NCBI RefSeq assembly: GCF_050873525.1 | Contig: NZ_JBNMIZ010000001.1 | Location: 1 to 51,024 of the forward strand | Source of the DNA: Brachyspira sp. | Lineage (GTDB): Bacteria; Spirochaetota; Brachyspiria; Brachyspirales; Brachyspiraceae | DNA length: 51,024 bases | Direction: 5' to 3' | Shown: positions 9,318 to 18,849 of the stretch, one piece after another | Layout of the letters: each line of letters begins with the position of its first letter | How positions within the stretch are numbered: position 1 is the first letter of the stretch | The notes under the pieces: generated by a model | Told to the model about the DNA's origin: nothing | The model's database searches: none | What the model saw: only the letters and a program-made list of their open reading frames with translations | Position numbers and translations under genes: made by a program

Positions 9318-11051
9318 TTATTTGTCCGCGACTACATCGATTTTCGCATATTCTTCGGGAGGCAGAGTCTTCGGAGCTTTTTCAGAAATATCTCTCAATT
9401 CTTTCGAGTAAAAATATTCCGTTCCCGAGATTTTATTCGTAATATATTTTCTTATGTTCGATATATAAACCGTAACGCCGGGAAAAAATCCTTCCATTGA
9501 AGAAATACTACTGTTTGAAAGTTTTTCAAATTCTTCGCTCATTTGTTTTCTTTTTTCTTCAAGTTCCGTTGTTTCTTTTACGAGATTAGAGACTTTTTTC
9601 AAAATGGCTTTTATCGTATCTCTTTTATTTTCTGGTATTCTTTGTATAAACGCTTTCGGGTCTTTAAAATATTCCGAACCGAGCAGAGTTTTATATTTGT
9701 TTATTTCCTCTCTATTCGCTTTTACCGTAGTTTGTATATTCTTAAATAAAGCGTATGCTTCGGCGTCTCTTCCTACAATAATAGTCGTTTTTGATTCGCT
9801 TATCGCTCCTATGCTCCTTGCCCAGACTCCGTTCAAAGCCTTTACATTTCCGCCGATTATTACTCCCTTTCCTTCCAATACTATTACTCTATTATTGCAT
9901 GATATATCGGAGTTTACTATTTGATTCGCTATTACATCGCCGTTGCAAATTAAATTAGCGTTTCTTATAAAAGACGCGTAAACTTTTCCGTTTATATGCA
10001 TATCGCTGTCGGGACCGCCGATTATTCCGCCCGATACGATTAAATTTCCTCCGCAGTTTATTTTAGCGTCTTCAATATTTCCGTTTACTTTAATGTCGCC
10101 TTCCGTTTTAATGCTGAATCCCGGCGTAACATTTTCTTTGATTATAACCGAACCGTCAACTTCAATATTTCCCGTAGACAAATCGACTTTTTCAATTTCA
10201 ATTACATTACTAACGGATATTGTATTATTGTTATTTACCAAAATTCCTTTTATTGCGCTTTTTATATTTATTCCGTCAGCTTCAACTTTAAGATTATTTC
10301 CTATTTTGTAGCAAGGTTCTTCGTCATAATGCGCTTCCAAAACTTCATCGTATATGTCGAGTCCGTCAACCGCTGGTTTTTCTGGAATGAAATGAGCTAT
10401 TTGAATTCCCGCGTCTATATTATGTATAAAACTTCTTTCTTTAAAATCGATGCTTCCGTCTTCCGATTTTTTCCCTGTTTCTATCGACATATCGTAATCG
10501 AGTATAACTTTTTGCACATTTCCATCGACTGGTTTTTTTCCTTCAACGAATACACAGCAAACTCCTTCGTTAAATTTCAAATTCTCTTCGACAAGTCCTG
10601 CAACTTTATCGTAGTCAACCATTAATCTAATAGGAATTTCCGAAATAAGATTTTGAATATCTTCCGAAGATAATTGTCTTTTTAATTCTTTTTGAGGAGG
10701 CAAAACCATAACTCCGCGCCATTTATCCTCTACATTTATCACGGGAATAACTGAAACGGAATTCATACCGTCATAAACTACATAGCCGAAAACCGCGCTT
10801 CTATATATGCCCGTCATTTTATCGAATTTAACATTTTTTCCCGCTTTGATTCCCGCTCTTTTGCTGATTGATTTTAAAATCTGCTCGCCCGTTACCGCGT
10901 AATTTTTCAAAAGCTCAGTATATAAAAGTTGATTATTAGGTTCGGAATCAACTATTTTATTATATATTTCCCGAACATTGATTGTATTGTCAAAAGAATA
11001 TTCGTAATTGTTTGGGTCCATTGAAAGCATGCCGCTATTTTCCGTTGCCAT
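9318..11051 (-). CDS. fapA: FapA family (DUF342) flagellar assembly protein
   Basis: G.IDFKE motif, VDLSTGNI..DGSV.I beta-helix repeats, G.IIGG, C-terminal coiled coil and FPGV.V.I. Confidence 0.82.
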   Translation of the reverse strand: MATENSGMLSMDPNNYEYSFDNTINVREIYNKIVDSEPNNQLLYTELLKNYAVTGEQILKSISKRAGIKAGKNVKFDKMTGIYRSAVFGYVVYDGMNSVSVIPVINVEDKWRGVMVLPPQKELKRQLSSEDIQNLISEIPIRLMVDYDKVAGLVEENLKFNEGVCCVFVEGKKPVDGNVQKVILDYDMSIETGKKSEDGSIDFKERSFIHNIDAGIQIAHFIPEKPAVDGLDIYDEVLEAHYDEEPCYKIGNNLKVEADGINIKSAIKGILVNNNNTISVSNVIEIEKVDLSTGNIEVDGSVIIKENVTPGFSIKTEGDIKVNGNIEDAKINCGGNLIVSGGIIGGPDSDMHINGKVYASFIRNANLICNGDVIANQIVNSDISCNNRVIVLEGKGVIIGGNVKALNGVWARSIGAISESKTTIIVGRDAEAYALFKNIQTTVKANREEINKYKTLLGSEYFKDPKAFIQRIPENKRDTIKAILKKVSNLVKETTELEEKRKQMSEEFEKLSNSSISSMEGFFPGVTVYISNIRKYITNKISGTEYFYSKELRDISEKAPKTLPPEEYAKIDVVADK

Positions 11052-11089
11052 AATAATCTCCTTAAAATTTTATTTATTTCATTATATAT

Positions 11090-11908
11090 TTATTTCTTAC
11101 ATAAAAAAAGCATCACATCGCCTTTATTAAATATTTTAACATATTTATCAAAAAATAACTTTATTAATTTATTAGAATTTTTTTCTATTGGAATACTTCC
11201 CCAAGAAAAATCTTTAATAATATTAAATCCAATACTTTTCATATATTGCGATAAAGTTTTTTTTGAAAAAAGCCATAAATGTTGAGGCATAACCGCTCGC
11301 CATTTAGCTCCGTATTTTTTCGCAAATATTCCGTCCGCATTCGGAGTCGTAATCGCCAAATAGCCTCCTTTAGCGAGTATTCTATAAACTTCTTTTAAAG
11401 TTTCGGCTGGATTCGGAACATGCTCTATAACATGCGAAAAATGTATAAACGAAAAAAAATCGCTTTCAAAACCAATTTCTATAAGGCTTTTCTCATAAAC
11501 TTTCAAATTATAATTTTCTCTCGCGTATTTCGCGGAAGAGGAACAAATTTCAACGCCATAAGTATCGTAGCCTTCGCTTTTCAAATAATTAAGAGTCATT
11601 CCCGTAGCGCATCCTATATCCAAAACATTTTTATTTGGAAATTCTTTTTTTATATTTTCAAAATCTATATCTTTCAAGGCAAGTCTTATCAGTTTAAAAA
11701 AATTCTCCTGATTTGCAACCTCGTATTCAAAATAATTGTCGTCATATATAGCATCAATTTCTTTTTGACTTATAATTGGATATTGATATATTAATCCGCA
11801 GTTTAAACATTTATTATAACTAACCAAATCGGATTTTATATAAAGTTCCGAATCGATTCCGTTACAAAATTCGCATTTATTATTTGTCATCGCTATATAA
11901 TACTCCAA
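11090..11908 (-). CDS. Class I SAM-dependent methyltransferase with N-terminal Zn ribbon
   Basis: CxxC...CxxCG, VLDIGCATG, HVIEHV.NP, GG.L.ITTPN. Confidence 0.88.
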   Translation of the reverse strand: MEYYIAMTNNKCEFCNGIDSELYIKSDLVSYNKCLNCGLIYQYPIISQKEIDAIYDDNYFEYEVANQENFFKLIRLALKDIDFENIKKEFPNKNVLDIGCATGMTLNYLKSEGYDTYGVEICSSSAKYARENYNLKVYEKSLIEIGFESDFFSFIHFSHVIEHVPNPAETLKEVYRILAKGGYLAITTPNADGIFAKKYGAKWRAVMPQHLWLFSKKTLSQYMKSIGFNIIKDFSWGSIPIEKNSNKLIKLFFDKYVKIFNKGDVMLFLCKK

Positions 11909-11969
11909 TATTCATAATCGGAAAAATTTTCATAATTCTTATTATATGTTTCGTTTCGATTTTTCATTT

Positions 11970-12605
11970 TTATTCCTTTTTATTAACCGTTAAAGTTATT
12001 TCCGTATTGCTTTTTATAATCTCGTTCGCTTTAGGATTTTGAGATAAAACAATATCGTTTTCGTTCGTTTCGTCTTGCAATTCTATTATATCGTTAATAA
12101 TAATATTTGGAAATTTGCTTATCACTTCGTTTGAAATTATATTAAGAGCGTCTTCGTATTTCATTCCCGTAATGTCGGGCATATTTAAAGTTATTTGTTC
12201 GGGAGAGTTTATTACCAAATATACCGTTCTTCCTTCTTTAATTCTTACTCCGCCTTTAGGTTCTTGATTTACCACAGTTCCCAAAGGAAAATTACTGAAA
12301 TAATGAGTTTGCACTTTTAGATTGATATTTTCTTTTTCCAAAATATCAAACGCTTCGTAAATTTCTTTATTCAAAACATCGGGAAGTATAAAAGATTTTC
12401 CGCCTGCTTTTACCACTATAAACACGACTATTGAAACGACAAAACATTGCAAAACGAATAATAATAAAGCGAAAAGAAGAAGCCTCTTAAAAACCAAAGC
12501 CGAGTTCGGATTAACCATTATATCTTTCGGCAGAATTATTTTTAAGAATTTCAATAATTTAATCTTCGCTTTCTTAAACCAGTATTTTATTTTTGAATCT
12601 TTCAT
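11970..12605 (-). CDS. Membrane-anchored PASTA-domain protein
   Basis: One TM helix then two PASTA repeats (LPDV...GTVVNQEP..G; MPDITG...VLSQNP). Confidence 0.85.
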   Translation of the reverse strand: MKDSKIKYWFKKAKIKLLKFLKIILPKDIMVNPNSALVFKRLLLFALLLFVLQCFVVSIVVFIVVKAGGKSFILPDVLNKEIYEAFDILEKENINLKVQTHYFSNFPLGTVVNQEPKGGVRIKEGRTVYLVINSPEQITLNMPDITGMKYEDALNIISNEVISKFPNIIINDIIELQDETNENDIVLSQNPKANEIIKSNTEITLTVNKKE

Positions 12606-12624
12606 AATTTATAATTAAACTCCT

Positions 12625-13560
12625 CTATTTAAAATATTCGCTTGTATTTAATTTATTTCCGCATAAAAATTCTTTAACGGTTTGCCTTTTTTTGCCTTCT
12701 CTTTGCAATTCTTTTATGATATAAATTCCGTTTAATGCGGATACAAAAATTCCATCGTTATTTACTTCGAGTATTTTTCCAAAATTTGAATTATTGTCGG
12801 ATTTTAAATATTCGCTTTTAAAAACTTTTATCATAAAATTATCGTAAAAACAAAACGCCGTTGGATATCGGACAAACGCTTTAGTCATATTATGCAAAAT
12901 TAAAGCGTCTTTAGTGAAATCCAATTTTCCGTCTTCTTTTTTTATCTTCGAGCAATAAGTCGCTTTTTTATCGTCCTGCTTTTTTAAGTTTGAAATATAT
13001 TTATCTACATTACTAAAAAATTCTTTAAGCAAATTGACTCCGCTTTTTTTAATCTCTTCGTATAATTCGTAAAACTGCCAATTTTTTTGTATTTCAAATT
13101 CTTCCTGCAATATAATATCTCCTTCGTCCAATTTATAATCCATTTTTTGCAATGTAGTTCCCGTCTTTTCAAAACCGTTTAATAAAGCATGCTCAACGGG
13201 ACTCGCTCCTCTCAAAATAGGCAAAAGCGAACCATGAATATTCATTGGCATTATTTTTGGAATCGATAAAGTTTTTTTCGATAAAATTTTTCCATAAGCG
13301 ACAACGATTAAAAAATCAGGTTTCAAATCGGATAAAGTTTTATTAAAATCTTCGCTATTAATATTTTCGGGCTTCAAAAGTTTAATATTATTTTCCAAAG
13401 CAATTTTGCTTACTTCGGAGATTATTATATTTCCCTTTCTGTCTTTTTTAGAATCTATCGGCGCTATCACGGAAGATATATTGACATTATCTAATTTCAT
13501 TAATTGCAAAATACAATCAGCCGTAAAATCGGTAGAACCCGCAACGATAACATTATACAT
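12625..13560 (-). CDS. fmt: Methionyl-tRNA formyltransferase
   Basis: VVAYGKIL, NIHGSLLP.LRGASP, LDEGDII, KIKKEDG.LDF. Confidence 0.95.
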   Translation of the reverse strand: MYNVIVAGSTDFTADCILQLMKLDNVNISSVIAPIDSKKDRKGNIIISEVSKIALENNIKLLKPENINSEDFNKTLSDLKPDFLIVVAYGKILSKKTLSIPKIMPMNIHGSLLPILRGASPVEHALLNGFEKTGTTLQKMDYKLDEGDIILQEEFEIQKNWQFYELYEEIKKSGVNLLKEFFSNVDKYISNLKKQDDKKATYCSKIKKEDGKLDFTKDALILHNMTKAFVRYPTAFCFYDNFMIKVFKSEYLKSDNNSNFGKILEVNNDGIFVSALNGIYIIKELQREGKKRQTVKEFLCGNKLNTSEYFK

Positions 13561-13632
13561 AAATCTATTATATATGTCTATCGCTAAAAGTCAAATTTAT
13601 AAATTAGATAAGAACGAATATAAAAGTCAATC

Positions 13633-14037
13633 CTAATATACTTTTACAATTTTTGCCTCGCTCAAATTATATTGATAATCTATATTTAAATAAGGTTTAC
13701 CTTCTTCCTCTTCTTCAGAAAGATTAATACTAATATCTGGAATTGCTATTATTGAAACATGTTCTTCTCCTTCTATATTAACCGTTTTTCCAAGATTATT
13801 TATTAAATCTTGATAGTTATTATCCTTTGGTATAACCTCGTAATATCTTACGCCATCTGGAAATACTTCGTCTTTTATAGAAGTTTTAAGAAAAATATAT
13901 GTATCAAGTATATAAAATCCTCTAAATGGCAAATCGTTTTTATGCATCAAAACACCGTCATAAGAAACTTTATTTTTATTTTTGCAACCAAATATTGATA
14001 CAAAGATTATGAATAGTAATAAATATTTTTTTAGCAT
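13633..14037 (-). CDS. Small lipoprotein, paralog of 14085..14486
   Basis: Signal peptide with lipobox IFGC; shares KVSYDG.LMHKNDLPF.G, FPDGVRYY, NNLG and L.EAKIVKVY with its neighbour. Confidence 0.85.
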   Translation of the reverse strand: MLKKYLLLFIIFVSIFGCKNKNKVSYDGVLMHKNDLPFRGFYILDTYIFLKTSIKDEVFPDGVRYYEVIPKDNNYQDLINNLGKTVNIEGEEHVSIIAIPDISINLSEEEEEGKPYLNIDYQYNLSEAKIVKVY

Positions 14038-14084
14038 TTTAATATCTCCGTTATTTATATAACATTTACAAGTATAAAATTAAT

Positions 14085-14486
14085 CTAATATACTTTTACA
14101 ATTTTTGCCTCTTCCAAACGATATTCGTCAAAACCTTGATAATATGGAGGTTCTTCAGGATTTGGAGTTGACGGATGCTGAGATATATCTCCTTGCGCAA
14201 TTTGATATGTTTCTTCTCCTCTTGCCGTAACTTTTCTCCCAAGATTATTTTTAAAATTCTGATAATGTTTATTTTTGGGGCAAATAACATAATATCTAAC
14301 TCCGTCTGGAAATTTACTATCACTTATTGAAGTTTTTAGAAGAATATCCCGCTCTAAACCATAGTCTACCCCATAACCTTTAAATGGCAAATCGTTTTTA
14401 TGCATCAAAATGCCGTCATAAGAAACTTTACTTTTACAACCAAAAATTATTAAGCAAATTATGATTATACAAATTTTTAATCTCAT
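14085..14486 (-). CDS. Small lipoprotein, paralog of 13633..14037
   Basis: AAGGAG RBS, lipobox IFGC, conserved blocks shared with neighbour. Confidence 0.85.
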   Translation of the reverse strand: MRLKICIIIICLIIFGCKSKVSYDGILMHKNDLPFKGYGVDYGLERDILLKTSISDSKFPDGVRYYVICPKNKHYQNFKNNLGRKVTARGEETYQIAQGDISQHPSTPNPEEPPYYQGFDEYRLEEAKIVKVY

Positions 14487-14511
14487 TTTTTATACTCCTT
14501 AAAATCTATTC

Positions 14512-14880
14512 TTAAGGTTCTATAATATCAGGCTCCGTAGGTTCTATAACATCAGGCTCTATAATCTCCATTGATTTAACTATTATATATAAATCATATC
14601 TTTTATTCCCGTTGCCTAGGTCAAACCATTGATTCCATTCTTCTCCTATAATTTTTGCTGTTTCATGATAGGGAAGCGTATCCACATCCGTTCCGCTTTT
14701 AAAGATTAATCTATAAATGTCATATTGCCTATCTTCTTTATCCACATATACTTCTAAATGAGGTATTCCTCCATTACCTGGCGTTAATTCTCCTATCCTT
14801 GTTATATAAACAGGTTCTTCTTTACTTTTACAACCAAAAACAAATATGCAAATTATGATTAAATAAATTTTTAATCTCAT
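14512..14880 (-). CDS. Small lipoprotein, paralog of 15232..15564 (start revised to 14880)
   Basis: GGAG RBS before ATG 14880 giving MRLKIYLIIICIFVFGC; C-terminal PDxIEP repeats. Confidence 0.85.
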   Translation of the reverse strand: MRLKIYLIIICIFVFGCKSKEEPVYITRIGELTPGNGGIPHLEVYVDKEDRQYDIYRLIFKSGTDVDTLPYHETAKIIGEEWNQWFDLGNGNKRYDLYIIVKSMEIIEPDVIEPTEPDIIEP

Positions 14881-14905
14881 TTTTATACTCCATAAAAAAT
14901 TAAAA

Positions 14906-15214
14906 TTAATAAATAGGAATTGATTCAATTTCAATAACATATATTTTCTTCACATTACCAACTGTTATTAACTTTCCATGAACTATTATAGCATCATTAA
15001 CTTCATGACTTAAAGAACCTTTAGGCACAATAAGTTCGTAAATTTCAGTGATTGTTTCTATTGATACACTTGAAATTTCTACCTTCAAATAATAAATACC
15101 GTTTTCTTCCGTTACAATACCTTTTTTCTCTATATCTATATAAATTGGTTTTTCACTACTATTACATCCAAATATTAATAAACAAATTATAATTAAATAA
15201 AATTTTGGTTTCAT
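14906..15214 (-). CDS. Small lipoprotein, divergent family member
   Basis: AAGGAG RBS, signal MKPKFYLIIICLLIFGC; similar strand pattern (E.P.YI...G....YL.V...IY.L). Confidence 0.82.
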   Translation of the reverse strand: MKPKFYLIIICLLIFGCNSSEKPIYIDIEKKGIVTEENGIYYLKVEISSVSIETITEIYELIVPKGSLSHEVNDAIIVHGKLITVGNVKKIYVIEIESIPIY

Positions 15215-15231
15215 TTCTATACTCCTTAAAG

Positions 15232-15564
15232 TTATTCTTCAGGCTGTATAATCTCCATTGATTTAACAATTATCCCTAATTGTAAAAATTTATCTTTACC
15301 ACTTAACTCTATCCAATGATTCCATTCTTCTCCTATAATTTTTACCGTTTCATAATGAGGAAGCGTATCCGTATCTGTTCCGCTTTTAAACCATAATAAG
15401 TAAATTGTATATTTATCTTCTACGCTATCATATACTTCCAAATAAGGTATTCCACCGCCGCCTGGTGTTAATTCTCCTATTCTTGTTATATAAACAGGCT
15501 CTTCTTTACTTTTACAACCAAAAATGAATATACAAATTATAATTAGATAAAATTTTAATTTCAT
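15232..15564 (-). CDS. Small lipoprotein, paralog of 14512..14880
   Basis: Lipobox IFGC; identical blocks KSKEEPVYITRIGELTPG, FKSGTD, KIIGEEWN, IIVKSMEII. Confidence 0.85.
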   Translation of the reverse strand: MKLKFYLIIICIFIFGCKSKEEPVYITRIGELTPGGGGIPYLEVYDSVEDKYTIYLLWFKSGTDTDTLPHYETVKIIGEEWNHWIELSGKDKFLQLGIIVKSMEIIQPEE

Positions 15565-15601
15565 TTTTAAACTTCTTAAATTATATATTAACTCTCTATA
15601 T

Positions 15602-15629
15602 ATTATAATAAATTTTATAAATATGCCAA
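15602..15629 (-). promoter_or_regulatory. Internal promoter TTGGCA-N16-TATAAT for the five downstream lipoprotein genes
   Basis: tgccaa at 15624-15629 and attata at 15602-15607. Confidence 0.5.
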
Positions 15630-15637
15630 TAACTTTT

Positions 15638-16015
15638 TTATTCTCCTAACGATATAATGCTAATATCAAATAAGTAATCATCGTCATATCCTCTCTTATG
15701 TCCGAAATATGAATTTGAATAAGTAGCTCTTATGGTTATATTCCTTCCGATATAATCCGCTATAGGAATATCATTTAATTTATCAATATCAGATTGAAGC
15801 ATAATACTATATTCTTTGGTATCAACTTTAAAGCGTCTATACGAATGTTCGATTATATCATACATTGAAGGCATATAATCATTAGGAAATAGAGTTCCCG
15901 TATAATTAGAATAAACAGGTTCGTTTGGTTCTTCATTACTTTTGCAAGAAATTACTTGAAAATAAAAAATACTTAAAATAACCATAAAAATCATAATAGA
16001 TAATTTAACTTTCAT
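15638..16015 (-). CDS. Small lipoprotein, first gene of the cluster
   Basis: AAGGAG RBS, hydrophobic signal ending VISC; EEP..PVY...G.L.P and IGRNITI resemble the neighbours. Confidence 0.8.
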   Translation of the reverse strand: MKVKLSIMIFMVILSIFYFQVISCKSNEEPNEPVYSNYTGTLFPNDYMPSMYDIIEHSYRRFKVDTKEYSIMLQSDIDKLNDIPIADYIGRNITIRATYSNSYFGHKRGYDDDYLFDISIISLGE

Positions 16016-16151
16016 AATTTATACTCCTTTTATGAAAATATTAAAACTTAAATTTATAACTAAACGAGGACTAATCCTCAATAGGTTATACAAAGTTAAA
16101 ATGGAATTAACTATATGTGTAATGTATTTTTGCAATAGAAAAAGGACAGAA

Positions 16152-16208
16152 TTATAGTCTGTCTGTCTGTCTGTCTGTTACGAATTTAACGCTTAATTTA
16201 TCATTCAT
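16152..16208 (-). CDS. Putative leader ORF spanning the SSR (MNDKLSVKFVTDRQTDRL)
   Basis: ATG 16208 with a weak GAG RBS, downstream of TTGACT-N16-TATCTT (16265-16238); stops at TAA 16154-16152. Confidence 0.5.
   Translation of the reverse strand: MNDKLSVKFVTDRQTDRL
16157..16178. repeat. Tetranucleotide simple sequence repeat (GTCT)x5 plus GT
   Basis: Read directly. Confidence 0.95.
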
Positions 16209-16285
16209 AATTAAACTCAATTAATTAGTCTATTTATAAGATAATAAAAATTTTGAAAAAGTCAAGAAATTTTTTTATTATATTT

Positions 16286-17626
16286 TTAATTGTCATTCTC
16301 TCCATACCAATCGACATTTCTTGAAAAATACATTCCCGCCGCTATCACTATAAATAATCCTAATGTTCCCATAAGCAAAGCGTAATCGGTAAGCTGCAAT
16401 ATTCCAAATAAAAATATATAAATCAAAATTTCTACTATCGCCATTGAGAGAATATATTTTTTCGATTTTATTATACATCCTATATAAGCGGAAGTTAATA
16501 AAATTACCATAATCGCGCTGATTAAATAACTGATATTAAAATTTATATGTTCCGATATTGCAAGAAGCAGCAAATAAAATATGGCGTTCGATATTCCAAT
16601 CAAAATATACTGAACGGGATGAATTCGTTTTTTGGAAATTACCTCGCATAAAAATAAAACAAAGAAAGGAATGAATATAAAAAGTATTGAATATTTGACG
16701 CTTCTTAATATTTTCTGATAATTATCGTTGAGAAGCAAAAACGATATTATTACATCATTTTGATTTTCATTATTTCCGTATTCGTATTCGTTAAATTCTT
16801 CGCTTGTCCAATATTTATTATAGGAAGTGTTAAAACTCGCTATATTCCATTCCGCGTTAAATCCGTTTTTAGAAATATCTCTTTTTGTCGGAAGAAATCC
16901 GCCCGTAAAACTCGGGTCGTTCCATTTTGAAGTTATATTAAAATAATTATCCGCCGCCATAGTATTTATGATTAAAGAATTTCCGCCTTGAATATCAATA
17001 TTCGTTTCAAATTCAAATCCGTTAAATATTTTTTCTTTCGATATATTGAATAAAAATATATTTCTAAACATATTTAAATTTATTTTTATAGTTTTCTCGT
17101 AATATGCAAGTTCTTCGTTTCCGTTTACTATAATTTTTGGCAGTTTTAATAAATTCTTTTTGTTTCCGATTCCGAATATCATAATCGCTTCGTCAAATAA
17201 TATAGTAGAATCGTTTTCGTCCAAATTATACAAATTGGAATTATATTTATCGAACTTTCCTCTTATATTCAAAGTGGAATTCAAAATCGGAACTTTAAAT
17301 ATTCCTCTTTTAAGCAAATTTATTTCCACATCGCCCGAAATATTATAACTGTTCGGCATATAAAAAATATATTCTCGTTTATATGTAGTTTCTTTTTCGG
17401 AAATGATTTTTTTCATGTAAGGAATAGCTATAATCAATCCTTCTATATTTGCCGCTCCTCCTATAGGCTCGATTATTGAAAATACCGCTTCGGCTTGATA
17501 ATTTTTTCTATCTCGAACTACAGAATTGATAAAAGTCATAGGTATAAGAAGCAAAAGCCCCAATATTAGAATCGTAAATATTTTAAATCCGAAAGTTTTT
17601 GAAACATTATAAATATTTTTTATCAT
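16286..17626 (-). CDS. creD: Cell envelope integrity inner membrane protein CreD
   Basis: LLLLIP N-terminal helix, RGIFKVP, W..PSF.G.FLP, YQ...RSVKY, IHPVQY.LIG, FYLLLLAISEH, DYALLMG. Confidence 0.92.
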   Translation of the reverse strand: MIKNIYNVSKTFGFKIFTILILGLLLLIPMTFINSVVRDRKNYQAEAVFSIIEPIGGAANIEGLIIAIPYMKKIISEKETTYKREYIFYMPNSYNISGDVEINLLKRGIFKVPILNSTLNIRGKFDKYNSNLYNLDENDSTILFDEAIMIFGIGNKKNLLKLPKIIVNGNEELAYYEKTIKINLNMFRNIFLFNISKEKIFNGFEFETNIDIQGGNSLIINTMAADNYFNITSKWNDPSFTGGFLPTKRDISKNGFNAEWNIASFNTSYNKYWTSEEFNEYEYGNNENQNDVIISFLLLNDNYQKILRSVKYSILFIFIPFFVLFLCEVISKKRIHPVQYILIGISNAIFYLLLLAISEHINFNISYLISAIMVILLTSAYIGCIIKSKKYILSMAIVEILIYIFLFGILQLTDYALLMGTLGLFIVIAAGMYFSRNVDWYGENDN

Positions 17627-17763
17627 AATTAAAATTCCATTTTTAGAGAATATAATTTATTTATTATCGTTTTTATTATAGTCAATTAAATATTTTTAAC
17701 AAGCTATATTATTGAATGTTTACTTTATGCATTTTTATTTTAACAATATAAATAACATAAAAA

Positions 17764-18243
17764 TTATAACTGCTTGGTAAAAATTATTCCATCGCAGTAG
17801 CTTCCGTCTTTTAATCTGTATCCGTTTTCAATTCTGCCCGCTTCAGTCATATTCAAAGAACGGTATAATTTCAAAGCGCTTTCGTTTATTGAAACAACGC
17901 CGTTATATTGCAAAATTTTAAAACCGTATTCTTTACATCTCTTAAAAGAATCGAGAACCAATTTTCGTCCGATTCCTTTTCCTCTCGCATCGGCTCTCAC
18001 GCCGTAAGAAGTATTGCAAATATGCGAGCGTCTGCCATAGCCGTTTGGATGCAAAACATAAAAACCTAATATTTTATCTCCTTCGCATGCGCATATAACC
18101 GCTAATTCTTTTGCAAAAAATTTTCCCGCGTTTTCAAGTTTCAAAGGTTCTTCTTCTGGAAAAGCCATAGCCGATTCTACTATCTCGTTCCAAATTTCCG
18201 TGATTTGTTCTATATCTTTATCTTCGTATGGGCGAATTATCAT
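17764..18243 (-). CDS. GNAT family N-acetyltransferase
   Basis: V...ARGKGIGR motif A, N..AL.LY. Confidence 0.9.
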   Translation of the reverse strand: MIIRPYEDKDIEQITEIWNEIVESAMAFPEEEPLKLENAGKFFAKELAVICACEGDKILGFYVLHPNGYGRRSHICNTSYGVRADARGKGIGRKLVLDSFKRCKEYGFKILQYNGVVSINESALKLYRSLNMTEAGRIENGYRLKDGSYCDGIIFTKQL

Positions 18244-18384
18244 AATTATTTTCCTCTTTATTAAAATTAATTATATAAAATATAGTTTATTTGTCAAAAC
18301 TTAAATATTTTTTCGATTGATTTTTAATTTGAAAAACGATAAAATGATTTATATATTTAATTTAAAACGATAAGGACAACTATA

Positions 18385-18849
18385 ATGGCAAAACCTATAA
18401 CTAAAGAAGGATACGATAATGTAAAGTCAAAAATTGCCGAGCTTAAAGCGGAATTTGAAACTTTACCCGAAATAATAGCGGAAGCGAGAGAAAAAGGCGA
18501 CTTAAAAGAAAACGCCGAATATCATGCGGCAAGAGAAAGGCAGGGACTTCTTCAAGCGCAAATATCAAAATTGGAAAGCGATTTGGCGGGCTGCGAAATA
18601 ATCGACCCTTCCAAATTGGATAAAGAAACTGTGACTTTTGGAAAGCGAGTAAAAGTGAAAGACAAAAATACTGGAGCGGTTTCGGAATATAAAATAGTCG
18701 GCGAACTCGAAGCGGATATTTCAAAAAATCAAATAACTATAATAACTCCAATCGCAAAAGGATTACTGACAAAAAAAGTCGGCGATACGGTTACAATAAA
18801 AGTTCCCGCTGGAGATAAAGTTTTGGAAATACTTGAAATTGGTTTATAA
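18385..18849 (+). CDS. greA: Transcription elongation factor GreA
   Basis: AREKGDLKENAEYHAARE, V.FG..V, PIAKGLL.KKVGD.V..KVPAG. Confidence 0.96.
   Translation: MAKPITKEGYDNVKSKIAELKAEFETLPEIIAEAREKGDLKENAEYHAARERQGLLQAQISKLESDLAGCEIIDPSKLDKETVTFGKRVKVKDKNTGAVSEYKIVGELEADISKNQITIITPIAKGLLTKKVGDTVTIKVPAGDKVLEILEIGL

Noticed and set aside
13633..16015. Lipoprotein paralogs as diversity-generating retroelement targets
   Set aside because: No reverse transcriptase or non-coding template repeat in the window; differences include indels and are spread along the genes.
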